DNA of 64,000 nucleotides from a virus. Position numbers and translations under genes: made by a program. The number at the start of each line of letters is the position of its first letter. Within the stretch, counting starts at the first letter, position 1. The DNA lies in the IMG/VR virus record IMGVR_UViG_3300029240_000008, one strand, 5' to 3'. Positions 44,098-53,058 of this stretch are shown piece after piece. The notes beneath the pieces were generated by a model. That model had not been told where the DNA came from and did no database searches. It was given only the letters and a program-made list of their open reading frames with translations.

Positions 44098-44505
44098 TTA
44101 CGCTTCCAATAATTGCCCGGTGTAAATTCTACTGTACCGGCTTATGATTCGTTTGAAACTCTTTTCGGAGTTTGCAACTTCTTCCGGTCCGTATGTTCTT
44201 CGGAATCCCATAGAAATCATGGCTTCATGACTCTTACTGTCGATTTCGTACGCTGTTGACAAGGCTTTTACACCTGATGCGTAGCTCTCAGTTTGAAACG
44301 AAAGCACAGTCGCGCATTCACTTCCATCAAGGCTAGATGATTGTGTTGGATTTCCCATCAAAAACAACCGGGCATATTTCTTTTTGTCTGTCGCTATTGT
44401 CTGACTTTTTTCCATGGAGTAATTGCCTTTGCCGACAAATGCTCCAACAATCTTGCTCCAACGTAAAAGTGCTTCCTCTACTGGAGGATAGATAACAGTC
44501 GGCAT
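44098..44505 (-). CDS. tail completion/terminator-position protein (135 aa)
   Basis: Start moved to MPTVIYPP with AGGAGG SD. Called from synteny only. Confidence 0.35.
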   Translation of the reverse strand: MPTVIYPPVEEALLRWSKIVGAFVGKGNYSMEKSQTIATDKKKYARLFLMGNPTQSSSLDGSECATVLSFQTESYASGVKALSTAYEIDSKSHEAMISMGFRRTYGPEEVANSEKSFKRIISRYSRIYTGQLLEA

Positions 44506-44620
44506 AGGGCACCTCCTTTTGAGCATGAAAAAAGCACCCACCGCTCAGGTAGATGCTTTTATATGTTATAGTATATCAAAGACAGAGGTATTATTCAGTA
44601 TTATCAGGTATTAACTTTCA
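44506..44620 (-). promoter_or_regulatory. late control module, copy A (35-bp box + -10-like element + terminator hairpin)
   Basis: The exact 35-mer at 44586-44620 is identical to 60121-60155. On the minus strand, TATACT is followed by AAGCATC...GGTGCTT and TTTTTTCATGC, then the SD. Confidence 0.6.
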
Positions 44621-45145
44621 TGATGCAAACACTTCTTTTGCAATTTTCCTAATACTCTGCATGATTTTCACGCTTGCCTTATATACCGGCATAGTGGCTT
44701 CGGTACCATAAGAGCGTACCCATTCGCCAGAATCGGCAAAATAAACCCACGATTCATTCTTTCCGTTTCCTTGCCCGTATGAACCGATTGTATATCCAAA
44801 TTCTTGCCCTTTGGGATGTAGACTGGTTCCTGCAGGAGTGTTATACGAAATACCCGCTCCGAACTCAATGAATAAAAGGTCAGAGCCTTCGCACACAAGT
44901 GTTGCCTGAGAATAGCCACCAAAGTTATTGATTCTGATATAGGTATTATGATTTTTGTCAGAATCGCCTTGTGCCAATGCTATGTTTTCATCTATGACCG
45001 GGATTCCAAGTTCTGCCAGCCTGCGGACAAACTCTTCATTCTTGCTTGCAAGTGACTTCTGGTACGCTCTGAGCTGCTTTATTGTGTCCTGTATAGATTT
45101 ATGCGACAATTCCATTTTGATAGTCTTATTCGCCATCTGAGCCAT
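44618..45145 (-). CDS. HK97 gp10-like head-tail joining protein
   Basis: 175 aa. The N-terminal helical ...IQDTIKQLRAYQKSLASKNEEFVRRLAELG pattern and its position support the call. Confidence 0.4.
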   Translation of the reverse strand: MAQMANKTIKMELSHKSIQDTIKQLRAYQKSLASKNEEFVRRLAELGIPVIDENIALAQGDSDKNHNTYIRINNFGGYSQATLVCEGSDLLFIEFGAGISYNTPAGTSLHPKGQEFGYTIGSYGQGNGKNESWVYFADSGEWVRSYGTEATMPVYKASVKIMQSIRKIAKEVFAS

Positions 45146-45524
45146 CTCCTATATACTTGATGCCATATCGTGCCACATTGCCTTTCTGGGTGTCGAGAAT
45201 CTTTTTCAGACGGTAATCTGGCGGTACTGTAGGTTCTCCGCCTTCACCTAAAACAAGTTCTCCTGCTTCGGTCAGTTCCGGTTTGCAGTCTATCCAGAAT
45301 ACATCGGCAGTCTGTGGCTTGAAGTTGCGGTCGAAGTTTGTGATATACCTGTCATAATCCGGGATATAACCGGCGGATAATTCCTCTGGCGTTCCGGCAG
45401 TCGCAGATACGGACAGGTGATGTGGTTCTGGTTTTTGGTATGCTTTGATTGTGTCTATCCCGTCAAGTCCTTCAGTCACCCTTGACCAATACACTGTCTG
45501 TTTTTGACGTTTCAATCCTCTCAT
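45126..45524 (-). CDS. head closure / head-tail adaptor-position protein (132 aa)
   Basis: Start moved to MRGLKRQKQTVYW with GGGAGA SD. Called from synteny. Confidence 0.4.
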   Translation of the reverse strand: MRGLKRQKQTVYWSRVTEGLDGIDTIKAYQKPEPHHLSVSATAGTPEELSAGYIPDYDRYITNFDRNFKPQTADVFWIDCKPELTEAGELVLGEGGEPTVPPDYRLKKILDTQKGNVARYGIKYIGDGSDGE

Positions 45525-45564
45525 GGCGATTTCTCCCTTCAAAAAGAGTCTTTTTATTTTAATC

Positions 45565-46560
45565 TTATATTGCATATTTCATATGAGACACTTTTACATC
45601 TTCATCAGATACTTTTGCGTAGATCATTGTCGTGTTAATGTTGACATGTCCAAGAATCTTCTGCACCTCAGTAATCGGCGTGCCTCTTTGAAGCATAAGA
45701 GTCGCAAGAGTATGCCTAAATAGATGCGGCGTTAGAGGTCTGTCCAGTTCTGCCCGCTCACCGATTATTCGTACAATTCTTTCTATTGCTTCTTTCTTGA
45801 GTACTTTATGTGGCTTTCTTTCACTTACAAAAAGATATTCCGACTCATCATCTCTAATTGCGAAGTATTGTTTTAAAAGTAATTTACATCGGGCATTTAG
45901 GTACGTTGTTCTATGCTTGTTGCCTTTCCCCAAAACAACTACTTCGCCTTTGTAAAAGTCTATATCTGTTTTCTTTACACCACATACTTCTGTAACCCTA
46001 GCTCCGGTACTATACAGAAATTCAACCAGTGCTTTTTCGCGTACGGTTTCGCACGCTTGCCTGATTCTTTCCAACTCCATATCTGTCAGAGGTTGCTTTT
46101 CGATACGCTCATATTTGATGTTTTTGATAACTCTGCATGGGTTCTTGCCTATATATCCTTCGTTTGCAGCCCACTCGAAGAAAGCGTGTATGGCAGTTCT
46201 TCTACTATCAAGTGTTCGATTGCTCAATCCTCTGCTCTCCTGAGCGTTATACAGATATACACGGATATCATTTGCAGTAATGTCTTCTGCGTTTTTATTG
46301 ACTGTGAAAAAGAAATCATCCAGATAAAGATTGTAGAGTTCGAGCGTCTTTTTGCTCAAACCCTCGATTTTCCTACTTACAATGTAAGTTTTGTAGAAAT
46401 CTGGCAAATATCCAGTATACTTTACAACTGCTGTTTCTCTTTGACTAATATCAAAATCATTTACATACAACGCCAGTTTGTTTCTGACTCTTTCAAGATA
46501 TTCTTCTGGAATTTCTTCATACAGCTTGGTCATAAACCCATTCACGAATTTATCTCTCAT
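45565..46560 (-). CDS. second tyrosine recombinase (XerC/XerD-like)
   Basis: Start moved to MRDKFVNGF with AAGGAGGG SD. Catalytic pattern ...STGARVTEV..., ...HLFRHTLAT..., ...LGHVNINTTMIYAKV. Confidence 0.85.
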   Translation of the reverse strand: MRDKFVNGFMTKLYEEIPEEYLERVRNKLALYVNDFDISQRETAVVKYTGYLPDFYKTYIVSRKIEGLSKKTLELYNLYLDDFFFTVNKNAEDITANDIRVYLYNAQESRGLSNRTLDSRRTAIHAFFEWAANEGYIGKNPCRVIKNIKYERIEKQPLTDMELERIRQACETVREKALVEFLYSTGARVTEVCGVKKTDIDFYKGEVVVLGKGNKHRTTYLNARCKLLLKQYFAIRDDESEYLFVSERKPHKVLKKEAIERIVRIIGERAELDRPLTPHLFRHTLATLMLQRGTPITEVQKILGHVNINTTMIYAKVSDEDVKVSHMKYAI

Positions 46561-46680
46561 AAAAAATACCCTCCTTTTGGGTTCACAAAGGGAGAGTACC
46601 ATGTTATAATAATACTGTACCCTTTGTGGTGTTGGAGTTAGGTTTTTTTGATTGGTAGTCGGGAACCTAACTCCTTTTTA

Positions 46681-46872
46681 TTATGCTTTTTTGATTGTTA
46701 TTTTCTCTTCATCGTATTCGAGAATTACTTTTCTGTCTTCTTTGGTAATACCGAGCATCCGAACTGCTTCTGACGGAAGTGATATTTTATAGTTGACAGA
46801 TTCTTTGCCTGCGTTTCCGCCGGCCTTGTTAATCATGATATTTCTTTCTACTTTTATCGAACTCACCTCCAT
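46681..46872 (-). CDS. AbrB/SpoVT-like DNA-binding protein
   Basis: YKISLPSEAVRMLGITKEDRKVILEYDEEKITIKK is a looped-hinge-helix pattern. The start may be the internal ATG at 46836. Confidence 0.45.
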   Translation of the reverse strand: MEVSSIKVERNIMINKAGGNAGKESVNYKISLPSEAVRMLGITKEDRKVILEYDEEKITIKKA

Positions 46873-46936
46873 ATAATGAATTTATACTCATTATATATCA
46901 TTGGTGTCCAATAGTCAATAATTAACTTTAGGGGCT

Positions 46937-47110
46937 TTAGTTAAGTTTACCCTCAGAATCAGTTTCTTCCTTATTAATATCCATCAGCTCATTGTACTGT
47001 TCCTCAGTAAGCCTGCCCGTTGCGAAGAAAATATCAATCTTATTTTTTAAATCATCTGTCAGACCGTTTTTCTCTTTAAGTTTTAGTAATGTTCTATATA
47101 ACATAATCAT
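46937..47110 (-). CDS. XkdX-like small protein (57 aa)
   Basis: Hand translation MIMLYRTLLKLKEKNGLTDDLKNKIDIFFATGRLTEEQYNELMDINKEETDSEGKLN. ATGA overlap with the fibre gene stop. Confidence 0.35.
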   Translation of the reverse strand: MIMLYRTLLKLKEKNGLTDDLKNKIDIFFATGRLTEEQYNELMDINKEETDSEGKLN

Positions 47111-48783
47111 ACCTCCAATTCTGTAAGTGCTACTGCGTACTCGCTGTTAACATAGGCTTCTGCCGCCTGTGTGTCGATGTCCTGAGCGCGTGCATCCATA
47201 TCATAGATATAATCTCTCGTATCGCCTATCTGCTGTTTTACATAGTTCCAACCGTTCTCCATTGAAATTGGATAGTTGAATACTGTATATCCGTCCAACT
47301 GTTCTGAATTGATAGATATGTTTGTGGTTGGATAATATGTTGCAAGTGCCTTGAACGCAGTGATTTCTTCTGTGGTGAGGTCGATTTCTTCTGGAGTTTC
47401 AAGTTCATAAATAATTTTTACATTATGATTACCGACAGGAAGATAAACTCTTAATTCTCCTACATTACTTCCTGATATACAAGCTTGTTTTGAAGCCCAC
47501 CCTTGGTTAATATCTTCATAAACTATATTTGTAATATTGCAAATTACATTTTTAATAAACGGAATATCATAATCGTAAATACCTAATCCGCCAACAGACA
47601 CAGTGACAGCAATGCTTATAGTGTCAGATTTTTCCTTGATATGTCTCACCAACTTCCCCCGCTCCACATCCACATAATCCGCAATATACTGTTGTCCGTC
47701 GATTGTGACGTTACCGCCTGAACTTACAGGGATTGCATTCAATGTGTATGGGAGAGTGAGTGTCTGTTCGTCGTGGTATGGTTCATAAGATGTAGCTTCT
47801 GAGCCTTTTTCAATTTGAATGTTCTTGTAGCTGATGGTATCCCCTGTCGCGGCTACGCCAAACCTGAATGTAATAAATGTAACCCCGCTTGGGACAGTAT
47901 ATGAAAGTTTTTTTGATTTTCTATTATCGATGTTAACCGAATTACTTGCTATTCCATTTCCAAAAATATAAATATAACCTTCTTTATTATTTTCAATCTG
48001 TTCCCAGGATAAAGTAAGAGTTTCGCCCTCACTTACTTTGATTTTAGCATTATCAGGAAAATTATTTCCCATTTCAGAATAGCAGTCATTCTCAGTAGCC
48101 GTAAGAGTAATTCCATTGTTCTCATAAATCGCGGTTCCTCTTGTAATAGGCGTGCCTTTCCATGCATTATAATTCAGCAAATTCTTCCCCCACACCTTCA
48201 CTGTCGGATTCACCACGCTCTTAATCTCAACTGGATTCTCTGGCGTTGGCGTTCCATCCTGCGAAGATTTCCCATACAGCATCATATCTTGAATCTTGCC
48301 ATTGTCAGAGTCGGCAAGATGAGTTTTGCCTTGTGAACTTGCGTAGAACTTAGTGATTTTGGTGGATATATCTTCCTTTAGTGAATTAGTTTCCGTTTTC
48401 AGTGAAGCAATGTCTGTCTTGTTCTGCTCGATCTGCTGTGCCTGTTCCGTGGTGGCTCCGGGCTTGACCGGATTCTTTTCAAAGTATTCCGTAACTAATC
48501 TTTGTATTACCGCCTCTGCTTCTTCTTTTGTGAGATACAGTGACATATCAATTGGAGCGCCCATGGTGTCCCAAACTACGCCATTCCATGCCACATTCAT
48601 TCCTGCTTCGCCGTAGACCGACTTAGACTCGATATTGTACATATCGCCAATGTCTGGATTTAATGGAAGCAAATCAGCAGTCGCAACTGTACCTCTGTAT
48701 CTTACAGGGCTGTTCAGTTTTGCTTCCATATCGGAAATCTGGCGTTTTAAAATTGCATATACTTTCTTTGCTGTTAATGCCAT
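47107..48783 (-). CDS. tail-fibre-like protein (558 aa)
   Basis: Start moved to MALTAKKVYAILKRQ with AAAGGAGAA SD. It has an N-terminal conserved-looking domain, a coiled coil (QQIEQNKTDIASLKTETNSLKEDI) and a beta-rich C-terminus. Followed by the XkdX-like ORF. Confidence 0.5.
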   Translation of the reverse strand: MALTAKKVYAILKRQISDMEAKLNSPVRYRGTVATADLLPLNPDIGDMYNIESKSVYGEAGMNVAWNGVVWDTMGAPIDMSLYLTKEEAEAVIQRLVTEYFEKNPVKPGATTEQAQQIEQNKTDIASLKTETNSLKEDISTKITKFYASSQGKTHLADSDNGKIQDMMLYGKSSQDGTPTPENPVEIKSVVNPTVKVWGKNLLNYNAWKGTPITRGTAIYENNGITLTATENDCYSEMGNNFPDNAKIKVSEGETLTLSWEQIENNKEGYIYIFGNGIASNSVNIDNRKSKKLSYTVPSGVTFITFRFGVAATGDTISYKNIQIEKGSEATSYEPYHDEQTLTLPYTLNAIPVSSGGNVTIDGQQYIADYVDVERGKLVRHIKEKSDTISIAVTVSVGGLGIYDYDIPFIKNVICNITNIVYEDINQGWASKQACISGSNVGELRVYLPVGNHNVKIIYELETPEEIDLTTEEITAFKALATYYPTTNISINSEQLDGYTVFNYPISMENGWNYVKQQIGDTRDYIYDMDARAQDIDTQAAEAYVNSEYAVALTELEV

Positions 48784-48796
48784 ATGCGCTTCTCCT

Positions 48797-49039
48797 TTAC
48801 AGTTTGTACCATGTGTCGGTAGGTTTGTGATATTCGTATAATTCAGAAGTATCAAGGCATAATGCCGAAGAACCACTCTGTACATAATGTGGGAGCTTTG
48901 ACACGTCCTTTGAAAGCCCCTCGTAATCACGAACCATACCTCTTGCGTCTGTACATACCCAACTGCCTAAATCCGGCAATTCATCACCGGGATTGTACTT
49001 GATTCCATCAAAAATAACTGTGTTTTCTGCTTTTGCCAT
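48797..49039 (-). CDS. hypothetical protein (80 aa)
   Basis: ORF track. Confidence 0.4.
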   Translation of the reverse strand: MAKAENTVIFDGIKYNPGDELPDLGSWVCTDARGMVRDYEGLSKDVSKLPHYVQSGSSALCLDTSELYEYHKPTDTWYKL

Positions 49040-49426
49040 CTATGCAATCATCCTTTCTGCCCCGATAGGAGCCACATATGTGAACTGGTTTCCTAAAATG
49101 TCTCTGGCTGTGCCAATCACGAAACAAGAATAGTCGGCCAGAAGATTGCAACACCATTCTTCTGCATCAACCCAATATCGTTTCTTGACCATGCGGTGAA
49201 GTTCTGGCAATAGACCGTAGCTGAACATCACGCAATGACCTAATTCATGAATAAATACACGGTTCAGAAGCTCTCCGTGAAGGTTATTTGCGATTGAAAT
49301 AATACGGGTGGAATAATCCGATACCCCGAGCGTTCTATTGCCTGTACGGTCAATTAACACGCTGTCGTGCGGAGACACAAACTGTACTCTCCATAGGTCT
49401 CCGTTCATATAAAATTGTCTTAGCAT
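49040..49426 (-). CDS. ImmA/IrrE-like zinc metallopeptidase
   Basis: HExxH in VFIHELGHCVMFSYG. Size and the N-terminal W.V.F pattern fit the small phage DUF955/ImmA type. Confidence 0.6.
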   Translation of the reverse strand: MLRQFYMNGDLWRVQFVSPHDSVLIDRTGNRTLGVSDYSTRIISIANNLHGELLNRVFIHELGHCVMFSYGLLPELHRMVKKRYWVDAEEWCCNLLADYSCFVIGTARDILGNQFTYVAPIGAERMIA

Positions 49427-49583
49427 GGCTTATCACCAGCGTCGCAGGGCAAGGAAACTCACCACTCTTGAGTGGTGGGAGGAATGCCCGTTTTAGCGAC
49501 GCATTTTCCTTTCTATAAATAAATATTGTTCTTCGCCAAAATGTATGTTATAATGTTTTTGGTGAAGAAAGTAGGTGTTATAT

Positions 49584-50711
49584 ATGGAACAGACAATTAC
49601 GGCAAAACTTCAGATTTTAGTCAATCCTTCTGATAAACAGATACTCTGTGATACCATGAAGGCTTATTCTGATGCCTGTAATTATGTATCCGAATTCATA
49701 TACAAGACTCATAATCTTAGCCGTTATAGCGTGCAGGAAGATACTTATCATCAGGTACGGGAAATTTATGGTCTCCGTTCCCAGATGGCTGTTTCTTGTG
49801 TACGCACAGTTATAGCCAAATACAAAACCATTCTTAAAAATCAGAAAGAATGGATAAAACCTACATTTAGACTGCCTCAGCTAGACCTCGTATGGAATAG
49901 GGATTATTCTCTTAACACCAAAAACAATATTTTCTCTGTAAATACACTAAGCGGTCGCATCAAGGTGTCTTTCTATAAAAATGGTTTTGAACGATATTTT
50001 GCCGATGACTGTAAATTCGGAACGGCTAAACTTGTTAATAAGCACGGTATGTTTTTCTTACATATACCTGTAACATACGAAATTTCTATGCTCAATAAGT
50101 CAGAAGTTTCTAATGTTGTCGGTGTAGACCGTGGGATAAGATTTCTTGCTGCTACATATGACAGCAAAGGAAAATCTGTATTCTACGATGGTAATATAAT
50201 CAAGCAAAAACGTGCTCATTATAAGGCTTTGCGTAAACATTTACAGCAAGTCGGTACTCCGTCATCCCGTAGACGAATAAAAGCTATTGGTCAACGAGAA
50301 AACCGTTGGATGCAAGATGTAAATCATTGTATTTCTAAGGCACTCGTTGAAAGCAATCCTGATGGCACTATGTTTGTTATCGAAGATTTAACAGGAATCC
50401 GCTCTGCTACTGAAAGAGTGAAAGTAAAGAACCGTTGTATATCTGTATCATGGTCTTACTATGATTTAGAGCAAAAATTGTCTTACAAAGCCTTAAGACA
50501 TCATCAGCTTGTAGAAAAGGTTAATCCTGCTTATACAAGCCAAGCATGTCCGAAATGCGGTCATACCGAAAAAGCGAATCGCAATAAGAAAATACACTTT
50601 TTCTGCTGTAAAAATTGCGGTTATAAATCGAATGATGACCGCATAGGAGCTATGAATCTGCATCGTATGGGAATAGAACTTTTAGTACCTGATGCAGTTG
50701 CTACGGAGTAA
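49584..50711 (+). CDS. tnpB: TnpB RNA-guided endonuclease (IS605 OrfB family)
   Basis: N-terminal MEQTITAKLQILVNPSDKQ. RuvC-like VVGVDRGIRF and FVIEDL. C-terminal zinc finger CPKCGH...CKNCGY followed by NDDRIGAMN. Confidence 0.85.
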   Translation: MEQTITAKLQILVNPSDKQILCDTMKAYSDACNYVSEFIYKTHNLSRYSVQEDTYHQVREIYGLRSQMAVSCVRTVIAKYKTILKNQKEWIKPTFRLPQLDLVWNRDYSLNTKNNIFSVNTLSGRIKVSFYKNGFERYFADDCKFGTAKLVNKHGMFFLHIPVTYEISMLNKSEVSNVVGVDRGIRFLAATYDSKGKSVFYDGNIIKQKRAHYKALRKHLQQVGTPSSRRRIKAIGQRENRWMQDVNHCISKALVESNPDGTMFVIEDLTGIRSATERVKVKNRCISVSWSYYDLEQKLSYKALRHHQLVEKVNPAYTSQACPKCGHTEKANRNKKIHFFCCKNCGYKSNDDRIGAMNLHRMGIELLVPDAVATE

Positions 50712-50871
50712 ATCTCTATAGCACAGGTACAAGTCAACGTGCCTACAATGTAACGCCACTTTTAGCAGTAATGCTAAACGACTAAATGTGGAAGGAGTAA
50801 TCCGTTATACCACAGGGCAGTTACAAGCCCATTCCATTTAAGTGATGGGTAGTTGACCATCCTTTTCTCAA
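50712..50871 (+). ncRNA. candidate TnpB omega/reRNA scaffold (right end of the IS)
   Basis: The ORF-free 3' flank has hairpins (GTCAAC...GTTGAC, CCCAT...ATGGG), as expected for IS605 right ends. The scaffold probably begins inside the tnpB 3' end. Boundaries were not determined. Confidence 0.4.
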
Positions 50872-50922
50872 CTGAAAAGCCCCTGCTACATTCCTGTAAC
50901 AAGGGCAAAATTCATTTCATAT

Positions 50923-51549
50923 TTAATTCATCTGCTGTATGAAACGTGTCAAGTCAGTCTTCATCTGCTGTCTGATTGATGCGTCTGCATCATCCCACAT
51001 TTCTTTCATATTGCGGATGATATCTTCTGTATACTCTTTCATGGAATCATCCATTTTTCTCTTAGATTCAGCGTCTTTGGAATCGTGATAATGTCTGCGA
51101 TTCTCACTGTATCTGTCGTAGGTTTCACCATATCTGGACTGCCTATTGTTCATACCGTCCATTCTCATATCACTACGGTCTGGATGATAGCCCATGCGGT
51201 ACATATTACGTTCAAGCTCTGGATTGCTCGGATATTCACTTACCCAGTCGTCATCCTGCATATGGAGATACGGCATATATCCCATTCGGCTTCCTCTTCC
51301 TTTTGGTGCAAATCTGCCGTTTGCGTAACGATAGTTGTCATATCCCATGCGTCCAAGATACTTCTCTTCCTGCTCGCATTCGTCCATAGCTTCTACGATT
51401 CTGTAATCCTTATCTGCACAGATTGCACATTTTACCGCTTCTAAGCAATCTTTCAGATCATCCCAGTCCTGAGAACTAAGATTGTCAAATCCATGTGCTT
51501 TGGCTTTTTCCATAGCCCATTTTCCCATTTCCATTGCAACTTTATGCAT
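50923..51549 (-). CDS. hypothetical His/Met/Asp/Arg/Tyr-rich protein (208 aa)
   Basis: Start moved to MHKVAMEMGKW with AAGGGGG SD. Repeated RMGY motifs. Terminator-like hairpin downstream. Confidence 0.5.
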   Translation of the reverse strand: MHKVAMEMGKWAMEKAKAHGFDNLSSQDWDDLKDCLEAVKCAICADKDYRIVEAMDECEQEEKYLGRMGYDNYRYANGRFAPKGRGSRMGYMPYLHMQDDDWVSEYPSNPELERNMYRMGYHPDRSDMRMDGMNNRQSRYGETYDRYSENRRHYHDSKDAESKRKMDDSMKEYTEDIIRNMKEMWDDADASIRQQMKTDLTRFIQQMN

Positions 51550-51973
51550 TAATTGCCCCCTTTCTGGCAGCCTGTGTAACAGGTGTGTCTGTCGTTGGGG
51601 CTGTACCATTAATTGCTGTTAAATTGTTACTCGGACTACAAGCTGGATTTCCCAACATCTTGAATACTCCGCCAGTTGCACTTGTAGCTACTCTGGTTGC
51701 GTATTTCGTTCTGGTTCTTATTCCGCAAGCCGTAACCTGTGCACAGCAACGATTCTCTAGCGGATACAAAGTTGTTCCTGTTCCTATTTGAATCATTACC
51801 GGGGCGGTAATTGTGGTGGCTTCTGGTATACTTTGTGCGATCACAATGCAATACTTTTCTCCATTGGAATAACTGCCTGCCGGGAGTGTGATTACAAGAT
51901 TGCCACCGGTAAACGATACAGACTGGCTGATTACAAGATGGCTGCAAAGCTTACAAACATTTTTACAACTCAT
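51542..51973 (-). CDS. hypothetical Cys/Thr-rich protein (143 aa)
   Basis: GAGAGG SD. MSCKNVCKLCSH...RCCAQVTAC... Confidence 0.5.
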   Translation of the reverse strand: MSCKNVCKLCSHLVISQSVSFTGGNLVITLPAGSYSNGEKYCIVIAQSIPEATTITAPVMIQIGTGTTLYPLENRCCAQVTACGIRTRTKYATRVATSATGGVFKMLGNPACSPSNNLTAINGTAPTTDTPVTQAARKGAINA

Positions 51974-52052
51974 ATTTTATACCTCTCAATCAAATAAGAG
52001 GTGAGCCGCAACCCACCTCTTAGAATTTAGTCAACCTCTAAGGGTGAGTTAC

Positions 52053-52859
52053 TTAGCAGCAACCACTGTTGCATCCACATCCGTTGTTTCCGTAATATCC
52101 ATACAAATTACTTGCCGGATATGCCGGAACCGGAAGTGGTGCAGTGCGTCTGAGAATTTCTGCTGTATTTGCGTTCATAGCCGCCTGTAATACCGCATTC
52201 TGGTCGGACTGTGAAGCCGCCAGTTTAAGTGCCTGATTCTCTGCTCTAAGGTCTGCTGTTTCCTTCTGGCAAAGATAATCAAGAATGGCACGGGTGTTGC
52301 TGTTCTGATTTTCCAGAATATCTCTGGTATTGTTGTTCATTGAGTTCTGGATTGCACAAGCGTTGGTAGCCATATCATATCTGATCTGAGCCTGTCCTTC
52401 CCTGTTGTCACAGCAACACTGAGCTAACTGAGACTGTAATGCATTCTGTCCCTGCATAAGTGCAATGTTTGTACTATTAAATCCCTGCTGGGTCTGATAG
52501 CCAAGATTGCAGATAGCATTATCTACGCCGTGGAATCCATTAGAAATATTCTGATTGATTCCATTCAGCTGAGCCAACTGGTCATAACCAAGGTTACAGA
52601 TACCATTGCTGATACCATCGAGCTTGCTAATTACGGACTGGTTATCGAAGCCACGTTGTAAAGCAGAGTCTAAGAAATCTGTGCTTCCATTTCCTCTGTT
52701 TCCGCCGAAGCCCCAGCCATTGCCTCCCCAACCAAAGATGAGAAGTATAATGATCCACCATGCCCATCCACCGCCGAAGCCGTAGCCATCATCTGCATGA
52801 TTATTAGAGCCTGTTGCTGCCGCAATGTCAGCAAGGCTATATCCGCCTGAATTCATCAT
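52053..52859 (-). CDS. hypothetical Gly/Trp-rich membrane-anchored, Asn/Gln-rich protein with a Cys-rich C-terminus (268 aa)
   Basis: AGGAGG SD. GFGGGWAWWIIILLIFGWGGNGWGFGG, a Q/N-rich coiled middle, and the ending GCGCNSGCC. Confidence 0.5.
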   Translation of the reverse strand: MMNSGGYSLADIAAATGSNNHADDGYGFGGGWAWWIIILLIFGWGGNGWGFGGNRGNGSTDFLDSALQRGFDNQSVISKLDGISNGICNLGYDQLAQLNGINQNISNGFHGVDNAICNLGYQTQQGFNSTNIALMQGQNALQSQLAQCCCDNREGQAQIRYDMATNACAIQNSMNNNTRDILENQNSNTRAILDYLCQKETADLRAENQALKLAASQSDQNAVLQAAMNANTAEILRRTAPLPVPAYPASNLYGYYGNNGCGCNSGCC

Positions 52860-53058
52860 AAATTCAAACCTCCTATTTGATTTATTTTACAAATCAAGTA
52901 GAAATCCCGGGCTTTCAGCTCAATTTTGTAGCAATGTTAAATGAAATATAGTATAATATTTATGTGGGAATAGGGATTCGCGACCCGAAAGTCACATGCC
53001 TTAGTGATTTTCCCACAACCAATAAAGGCGTACATCAGAAAGGCAAGGTGTTATTTTT

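Larger units (their letters stand above)
49430..50871 (+). mobile_element. IS200/IS605-family element lacking tnpA (IS1341-like); ends approximate
   Basis: A left-end nested hairpin (GCGTCGC 49439-49445 / GCGACGC 49496-49502, enclosing CACCACT-cttg-AGTGGTG), then tnpB, then a structured right end. It is in the opposite orientation to all surrounding genes. Confidence 0.7.

Noticed and set aside
45913-46641. 242-aa plus-strand ORF opposite the second recombinase
   Set aside because: It lies antisense to a gene with clear catalytic motifs. It has implausible Phe/Ile/Cys-rich composition and no SD.
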